A stretch of 64,000 nucleotides of DNA from Eledone cirrhosa (taxonomy: Eukaryota): contig OZ024746.1 of the NCBI GenBank assembly GCA_964016885.1, forward strand, positions 20,646,001 through 20,710,000. Reading direction: 5' to 3'. Positions 55,366 to 64,000 of the stretch are shown here, in pieces (the stretch's first letter is position 1; each line of letters starts with the position of its first letter). Below the pieces are notes generated by a model, which saw nothing but the letters and a program-made list of their open reading frames with translations, was not told where the DNA came from and made no database searches. The position numbers and the translations under genes are program-made.

Positions 55366-56010
55366 ATAATGATTTCTACTATAGGTACATGGTCAGCAAT
55401 TTTTTTTTTTTGGGGGGTCAATTAAATTGACTCCAGTGCATTACTGGTACTTTATTTTATCGACCCCGTAAGGATGAACGGCAAAGTTAACCTCGGCGGG
55501 ATTTGAACTCAGATCATAAAGAGGCGTAACTCTATGCTGCAAATCCACCAACCTAAACATTAAATAATTGTTTCTACTTTAGGCACAAGGCCAGCAATTA
55601 CCCAGTGCATTACTGGTACTTTATTTTATCGACCCCGTAAGGATGAAAGGCAAAGTCAACCTCGGCGGGATTTGAACTCAGATCGTAAAGGGACGTAACT
55701 ATGCTGGAAAGCATGGCGTCCGACCCTCTACCGATACTGCCAATCCACCGCACGTAACTATTAAATAATGTGACATGGTATGGTATGCTATGATATGTTA
55801 TGGTCGCGTAACTCTTGATGGTGTTGTAGAGGCGTCGTAGTGACATACGGCTTTTCTCGGCCTCAGTACTAGGCTGGTACTTATCGACCTCGAAAAGGTG
55901 AAAGGAAATGTTGACCTCGGTGGGATTTGAACTGAGAGAGCAGAGAGCCGGAAAAAACACCGCAAAGTATTCTATCTGACGTTCTAACCACTCTGCTAAT
56001 TCGCTATCTT
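55366..56010 (-). mobile_element. Three head-to-tail family-A SINEs (about 55366-55552, 55563-55752, 55775-56010)
   Basis: Three B boxes and three cores in the same orientation. Confidence 0.9.
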
Positions 56011-56121
56011 AAATAATGTGAATATCAGAAAAGAAGAAATCTTTTGTGATGAAAGCAAGTAGAGATGAAGTATATATGTTAAAACTAGTCATGTCCTATC
56101 TAGTCAAGTATTAGTTCAAAA

Positions 56122-56424
56122 GAAAGTAGGTTTATAATTATTAATTTTCATTACACTCTTGTAGCTGTCTCGGCGGCCTAGTTGGATGGATCATAGACCC
56201 TGGGATGCTGGTCTGAAGGTCGATCCTGGTTGGAGTAGGATTCCCGGTGAATCTTTTCAGTTTTTTTCTATGGGATGTAAAATAAAAAAAGAAAAAGATT
56301 TCATGTACCTCTCGACCAGGATTGAACCCAATATCAGGATCTCCACCGTCTCTAGTACTTAGTGCTAGTCCACTGAGATAACTACGAAAGACTACTGAAA
56401 GTTCATACTTATAAACCTACTTTC
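56122..56424. mobile_element. Fold-back element with long imperfect inverted arms containing tRNA-like boxes
   Basis: gaaagtaggtttataa / ttataaacctactttc termini; arm similarity extends about 115 bp. Confidence 0.6.
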
Positions 56425-56692
56425 AAAATTTTCAAAACAAAATGATGTGGTGTCGTCGATGTCTTTCTTAATGTTATTGCTCCTACTTCTAAATCATTTG
56501 GGTGTTCCATAAACTGCATCCTTGTTTTGTTTCTCATCTATCTAGACTATATTTTAACCTCTAATCAATGTTTAATTTCTGTTGAACCTCATTTAACCCC
56601 CCCCCCCCCCCCTCTCTGTGATATTTGAATCTACTATTCATATATATATATGTTTTTGTATGTCAGTTAGATTGAAACTTACAATGATTGGC

Positions 56693-56727
<35 letters not shown>

Positions 56728-56924
56728 TGGGTCTAAAACTATTGGTTGCCAGGAGATGAAAGGGCCCCACCTACTTATAGAATGCTATCGTTTAATTTTT
56801 ATAATGAATAAATAACATTAAAAAAAATACATAAGTGGAAACAAAACAGTGCAATCAAATTTTTGCGGGGAAATATCTTAATTTCTCCAATAAAAAATAT
56901 GTATTTTGCGAAATCCAGACTTTC

Positions 56925-57090
56925 AATAATTGTTTACCCCACTGTATTACTGGTGCTTTATTTTATCGACCCCGTAAGGATGAAATCAAAGTTAACCTCG
57001 GTGTGAGTTGAACTCAGAATGTAAAGGGCCATAACTCTGTGCTTGCAAAGCATGGTGTATGATGCTCTACCGATACTGCCAATCCACCAG
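56925..57090 (-). mobile_element. Family-A SINE
   Basis: A/B boxes and core. Confidence 0.85.
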
Positions 57091-57123
57091 AGACTTTCAA
57101 TAATGACCTTTGGTATTTCACAC

Positions 57124-57212
<89 letters not shown>

Positions 57213-57316
57213 GAGTGCGTGTATATGTGTGCATGTACATGTGTATATATAAATTTATATATATGTAGACATAACATGTTTTCAACTTGTACAAAAATCC
57301 CTAGGGATCTAATTGA

Positions 57317-57357
<41 letters not shown>

Positions 57358-57360
<3 letters not shown>

Positions 57361-57773
57361 CCAAGACATACCCTTTTCAAAGACCCCCCTGTATAGATAA
57401 GAAATGTATAACCTGTAAATTAAGCCCCCATATTAACTGTAAAACTAGAAATGTAGTATATAGCATAAGATGTACTGAAGGACAATGTAGAGACAAAAAT
57501 ATAGTGTACATAGGTGAGACAGCTCGTAGTGTAGGGGAACGGATAAATGAACACTGGCGAGACTTTCAAGATAGTAAAGAATCATCTGTACTCTACCAAC
57601 ATGCAAAAATAGAGCATAAGGGTAAATTAGAGAACATAGAAATAAAAATAGAATCTACACACAGAAAAGACGCAATGTTTAGACAAATCACAGAGGCAAT
57701 AAACATAAAAGAATTACAACCAAAATTAAATAGAAAACATGAGTGGAACAGCAACATCACAACTTACAATTAA
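57358..57773 (+). mobile_element. Penelope-like element 3' fragment with an open GIY-YIG endonuclease frame
   Basis: PCIDKKCITC...C..RNVVYSIRC...YIGETARSVGERINEH...RQITEAINI...LNRKHEW; 5'-truncated at (TA)n. Confidence 0.92.
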
Positions 57774-57974
57774 GGACAAAATGAAAACACACACGCACAT
57801 AGAACAAACAACCAACCTGTAACATGTAAATAAACAAAAAAATAAACGAATATAAACACATACAGACACCCGGATGTGGCGCATGCGCAGACTGAGCACA
57901 CAATACACACACATAAACAAGATGGCGTAGGACAGAACGAAGGAGAGGCACAAAAACAAAGAAAAGAATCCCCA

Positions 57975-58017
57975 GTCACTGAAGAGGTCACAGAATGTGT
58001 GACGAAAGAACTTTGAC
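57975..58017 (+). ncRNA. Minimal type-I hammerhead in the PLE 3' region
   Basis: GUCA-CUGAAGA-g[GUCACA gaaug UGUGAC]-GAAAG-aa-CUU-UGAC, about 200 nt after the GIY-YIG stop on the same strand. Confidence 0.8.
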
Positions 58018-58159
58018 AATATATAAACAACCATCTGGTTGTGGAACCAACCAACCGGAAATTTATAAATTCCTAAATTTATAAATTTATTATAATAAAT
58101 TGAAGTGAAAGCAACTGGTGCGTGTGTTTCTTATTGGCAACATGACCCTCCCAAAGTAT

Positions 58160-58235
<76 letters not shown>

Positions 58236-58565
58236 ATATATATATACATGTATATATGTATATGTATGTATATGTATGTGTGTGTGTATATATATATACA
58301 TGTATATATGTATATGTATGTATATGTATGTATGTATGTATATATATATATACACATGTATGAAGATGCTGTATATATATGCTTGTGTGTGTGTGTGTGT
58401 CTAATATATATTTGTGTGTATATGTATATTTGCATGCATGAATGAAGCTTTAGATTTAGTAGAATGTACAACCACTGGTTCCAGCTATTTGCACTATCCT
58501 ATATTTTGGTTTCTAGTAATTCCCTGTGGAATTGGTTGACCAAATGCTTTGCTTAATTGTTTTAT

Positions 58566-58753
58566 GGCGGTGGATTGGCAGTATCGGTAGAGGGTCGGAC
58601 GCCATGCTTTCCAGCATAGTTACGTCCCTTTACGATCTGAGTTCAAATCCCGCCGAGGTTGACTTTGCCTTTCATCCTTACGGGGTCGATAAAATAAAGT
58701 ACCAGTAATGCACTGGGTAATTGCTGGCCTTGTGCCTAAAGTAGAAACAATTA
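58566..58753 (+). mobile_element. Young family-A SINE
   Basis: Essentially identical to the inverted copy at 55563-55752. Confidence 0.92.
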
Positions 58754-59767
58754 ATTGTTTTATTTATTTTTAAAAACATTTTATTCTTTCTCTTAGACTC
58801 CAGATATTTTTTGAAAGCAAAGCATTGGCCCCTAAGATACTACAGCGGGCTCTGCAATGATACCATAGGCCCCCTGGGGCCCACTTGCTATTGAGCAGCC
58901 TGGCAACCTGACCAGTCCGCCACTGCATACCATACAATACCATACATTAAAATGACGGAAGACTGAAACATCCACACGTTTCTACACAAAAATGATATAT
59001 TTGCTATCACACATAGATACTGCCGCCCATGAGAAAGAGGCCTACGTCTGTATATGTAATTAGCGGATAAAAAAAATTAAAGCGGCGCCCAAAAATGGCT
59101 GTAGTCATGATCACACGCACGCACCCACCCACACACAAACAAACACACACACACTCATAAACATTGATTTGGTGTCATTAAATAAATACTTCAGATTACA
59201 GTGTAAATGATGATTTAAAATATAAGAAAAAATGATCACTATAGATTTAAAGAAAATTAAAAGAAATCTTGAGAAACTCATCTGATATGAGAAATGCACT
59301 TTCTAACTAAGAAAGTCGTGAACAACAACATTGAATGTTTCGTAATGATTTGAAATATTTAAAATATTATTATTTTCTTATGTGGCTTCTTTTCATGTAT
59401 ACGAGCAATTTTCAAAACACGAGCAATTAAAATTTCATTTCACAAGAAAGTAAAAATATCTATCTATTTAAATGCATGATTAGGAAACTTGTTTGGACTT
59501 AATTATGATGCAAAATAATAAGATTGGAAGAGACTTAAAGAGATTTAGTTTGAACAAAAATATAAACCACTAATGAACAATAACATAAATATAGATATTT
59601 TCTCCAGAGAACCAATTTTAAAAATAACGTTGCGAGAAAAATAATGAATAACACAGAGACGTCAAAAATGTATTTGAAGAGAGGTTATTTAAAATATATT
59701 TTTTTCCTTTCTTAAGGATTTATTCTGAAGGCTAAAAAAATTATATTTTATCTTGATTTATATCTTA

Positions 59768-59912
59768 TAATTGTTTCTACTTTTGGCACAAGGCCAGCAA
59801 TTATCCTAGTGTATTACTTTATTTTATCGACCCCGTAAGGATGGAACGGCAAAGTTAACCTCGGCGGGATTTGAACTCAGAATGGCAAGGGTCGTAACTC
59901 TTTGCTGCAAAG
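59768..59912 (-). mobile_element. Family-A SINE, 5'-truncated
   Basis: B box, core and tail. Confidence 0.85.
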
Positions 59913-60249
59913 GTATGGCCGCAAAGCAAATGTGTTACCCCCAAAACACGGCGAAGGAGATTCTGAGTAGTGAGGTGGTTTGTGGGCTCAGGAAGCCGGA
60001 TGATTCTACCATTATAGGCTTTAAAAGAAACTTATCGCAGAGAAGTTGGTACTTTGCCAGTCTGCGATCCGTGGCTCGTCGGGCAACGATGCTTAGTTCT
60101 GATGCAAATCTCAGATTAGAAATTTACCTATTTGGAACGAAAAGATTGTCATGCAGTTTGGACTTTTTCTATTTTTTCAGTTTAATCTTAAAGGCAACAG
60201 TTCTAGGCCGCGAGCGTACCTGACGTTGGTTTCATTAGAGTAAGTCGGC

Positions 60250-60296
<47 letters not shown>

Positions 60297-60319
60297 ACAC
60301 ACACGCACACGCACACACG

Positions 60320-60350
<31 letters not shown>

Positions 60351-60613
60351 ACAAACACACACACGCACACACACACACACGCACACGCACACACGCACAC
60401 ACACGCACACACACACGCACACACAAACACACACACACACACATATATATATATACATGCATATATACATACATATATACATACATACACACACACATAT
60501 ATAAATATATGTATATATATGTATGTATGTATGTATATATACATATATCTATGTATATATATGTATATATATGTATATATATGTATGTATATATATGTGT
60601 ATATATATATATG

Positions 60614-60647
<34 letters not shown>

Positions 60648-60687
60648 TATGTGTATATATATATATGTATATGTATATATGTATGTA

Positions 60688-60718
<31 letters not shown>

Positions 60719-60727
60719 ATATGTATG

Positions 60728-60764
<37 letters not shown>

Positions 60765-60826
60765 GTATATGTATATATGTATGTATATATATATGTATAT
60801 ATATGTATGTATATATATGTGTATAT

Positions 60827-61403
60827 GTCAGGTCACCAGTTGGTGCTACTGGTAACATGTATCCCAGTACAACCTGTCTCATGGTCGGGTCGTTGGCGAC
60901 TAAACTGGCAACCCCACCAAAGTTTCTTGGTGAGGAGGGTGACTTTGGAGATCCTGCAGGACTAAAAACAAAAGCTGTCAAAGGGCAAAGGAGCTCTTAA
61001 GAGTCAATGGCCATCCAAAATCACCGGGAGAGATGACCCCTTAGCCTTTGTCAAGGCAGAATTCTAGGAGAAGGAAAACTCTGATATAATACCTGCAAAC
61101 CTGATGGTATCCAATGATGTTGACTTGTTATTCTTTTTGGTAAATATCATCTTGGTTAAGAGAGTGGGACTGGCTTTGTGCAGTGCCTTTGCTCACTATA
61201 AAAGCTTCACGGCACAGGCATTGCTTTATATCTGGAGATCTCTCTGCACTTGTCGTCACATGGTACCATGGGCCCAGCACTATGTGTCATTAATTGTCAC
61301 AAGTGTAGTGTTTGTACCAGAGTTTTCAAGTCGCTCGCTGGACTAAAAAGTCACACATGGATATAAAGTAGTGGCCGTACTCGAAAACGAGTTGGCAGCC
61401 ACC
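60827..61403 (-). mobile_element. Second copy of the 570-bp (TATG/TA)-embedded repeat
   Basis: Highly similar to 47865-48432 with the same terminus GGTGGCTGCC; has a deletion of about 30 bp. Confidence 0.85.
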
Positions 61404-61519
61404 ATATGTATATGTATATATATGTATATGTATATATGTATATGTATATATATATATGCATGTATATGTATATATGTATGTATATATATGTATATATATA
61501 TATACATATATATATACAT

Positions 61520-61668
<149 letters not shown>

Positions 61669-61676
61669 AAATATAT

Positions 61677-61765
61677 ATGAAAGCGCCCCAAAATTTGTCT
61701 TGGTTGCCCTTGAAATATATATAATAAAATAATTATGGTTTTATAAATATAGTTTCCATTTATTA
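61677..61765 (+). mobile_element. Truncated hammerhead/PLE terminal fragment
   Basis: atga-aagcgccccaaaatttgtcttggttgccctt-GAAA-tatata-ta-ataaaata plus the shared tail; the CTG of the core is lost. Confidence 0.7.
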
Positions 61766-61771
61766 AAATAA

Positions 61772-61828
<57 letters not shown>

Positions 61829-61987
61829 GTGTAAGAGTGAGTGTATTGCTGGCATCTATTTTAGCAATACTGATTAGCTTCGATGCTCCCAGAAATCACA
61901 ACATAGGTTAAACTATATCATCTAAATCATACAGTCCTACAAACTATCCTAGTATAAAAGAAATACTTTCTTTCCCTAGACACAGAC

Positions 61988-62076
<89 letters not shown>

Positions 62077-62387
62077 CACACAGACACAGACACAGACACA
62101 CACACACACATACTCACATACTATATACTTTGTTTTGCCAAGTAGCGATACAATCAATTAAATGAAACTCAGTTTATTGGAACTTATTTTATTCACTCAG
62201 TGAACTGAAAGGAAAGTAGACCCCGGAAGAATTCGTGACTGTAAAGACATCAAACTGAATATAATAAAGGAACCATTCAGCTGCTTTACCATTTCTGTCA
62301 ACTCTTCCACATTTTTTACCATTCATTTATTGAGATTTATTTCATAAAAAAATGCCAAAGAAATAAAGTCTATATACACGGAATGAC

Positions 62388-62655
62388 ATATATAAACATA
62401 TATATCTACGTATGCATATAATAAATGTGTGTGTATCTGTCTAAGTATTTAATATATAAACACATATATCGACATACGCACATAATAAATGTGTATGTAT
62501 CTGACCATGTATTTAATATATAAACACATATATCGACATACGCACATAATAAATGTGTATGTGGCTGTCTATGAATTTAATATATAAACATATATATCTA
62601 CATACGCACATAAATGTGTATGTATCTGACCATGTATTTAATATAGAAACATATG
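62388..62655. repeat. Tandem repeat of about 64 bp, about 4 copies
   Basis: atataaacacatatatcgacatacgcacataataaatgtgtatgtatctgaccatgtatttaat. Confidence 0.85.
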
Positions 62656-63278
62656 TGTATGTACAATATATTCATACACGATATCAAATCATCTCATTGT
62701 TACTATATCCACCAAAGACAATTTCCTCTATTAACCATATATGATATAGAAAACTATGCAAACAAGTGCGCTTTTATTTGTTGCTGAGTGGAATTTCTAA
62801 ATTGACTGAGATGTTTAGCTTTGAGAAAGTCTACGTCCCACTGGGATAGAAAATTTGGCAGCGTAAATTTCAATGGGATGAAGAATTACAATTTCAGAAG
62901 TGTCAGTTATTTCTTCTTAGTGCCACCTTATTAATGAATGGAATAATTTGATTCTGTGGTTCTTAATAGAATATTATTAATTTAGCCGATCCTTATGAAT
63001 TTTTAGTGTTGGAAAATCATAGAAAATAAAATAAAATAATATATAGATATATAATCCACTAATAGTGTATGTCATTAGTCTTATGAATTTGATTGATTAT
63101 AACCGTTATATTTATCATAGCTCTCATTCCTCTTGCTTAAACATCATTGGCACCACCACATCCACACATCCATCATCCATCTTTTTCTTACTCTTAACAT
63201 TCATCCTCCTGTTCCATCTCTCATCATCACCTTATCCACAACAATATCGCCATCAGTTTTATTATTACTATTATTATT

Positions 63279-63505
63279 AGGGTAATGGATTGGCAGTATC
63301 GGTAGGGCGTCGGACAATATGCTTTGTAGCATAGAGTTACGGCCCTTTATGATTTGAGTTCAAATCCCGCCGAGGTTAGCTTTGCCTTTTCATCCTTACG
63401 GCGTCGATAAAATAAAGTACCAGTCACGCACTGTGGTCGATTTAATCGACTTTCCCCTCCTCCAAAATTGCTGGCCTTGTGCCTATATAAGAAACCATTA
63501 TTATT
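63279..63505 (+). mobile_element. Family-A SINE, full length
   Basis: A box TGGCAGTATCGG, B box GAGTTCAAATCC, core and tail. Confidence 0.92.
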
Positions 63506-63966
63506 ATGATGATGATGGTGGTGGTGGTGATGAGTATTATGTCCACATTGAGGTAAGTGTTGTACTAAGGTTATTCAGCAACTCTAGTTTTATGGTTGCA
63601 AGACATATTTTCATTTTGCTGTCAGTATCTTTATAACAATATAAATATATATGCTTCCTCGAAGCGCTTTGTATTTCAGAAATGAAATATTTATCTGGAA
63701 GGTTTTTCTATTTTCTGCCTGGTTTCCTTCTAACTACTTCTAGAACTTCTATCTACACGGCTAGTTATTGTCCCGACTCGCCATATTTACAATTTTCAGG
63801 TTGTTTATGTTCATGTGTATTTTTAAATCAACCACGATTAAACAAAATGTTTCTGCCCTGTTGGTTTGATATGTAAGTTTATATCTTTAGAAAATATTAT
63901 AACGTAAAAGTAACTGAATTATTTCTCCTTTTCTCTCCCAGTGCACAAATGTTCCACAACTCTCTA

Positions 63967-64000
63967 TACGAGAGTGAAAAGTTCATAGGATGATCAAGAT
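63967..64000. mobile_element. Mariner MITE left end at the window edge
   Basis: tacgagagtgaaaagttcataggatgatcaagat. Confidence 0.7.

Noticed and set aside
58566-58753. SINE heads as tRNA genes
   Set aside because: A/B boxes are present but there is no full cloverleaf, and they continue into the SINE core and tail

Overview
AT-rich, microsatellite-dense animal DNA that looks intergenic or intronic. The SINE and MITE content suggests a cephalopod (octopus-like), which is inference only. No intact host protein-coding gene is recognisable, and most ORF-track entries are microsatellite artefacts. The window is a retroelement graveyard: (1) four Penelope-like element (PLE) coding remnants, one with RT plus GIY-YIG; (2) two sister RLE-type (R4/Dong-like) LINE families that always sit in (TATG)n; (3) RTE and L1/Tx1 fragments; (4) more than 20 tRNA-derived SINEs; (5) mariner/Tc1 MITEs. 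The main hidden signal, found by folding sequences by hand, is about 10 well-formed type-I hammerhead ribozymes plus several degenerate ones from at least 5 sequence families. Many have palindromic stem III and compensatory changes in stem II, and they mostly lie in short inverted or fold-back cassettes flanked by (TA)n. A 2.4-kb G-rich satellite starts at the base right after a perfect hairpin that follows the largest PLE. Repeat boundaries are approximate because they were read by eye.
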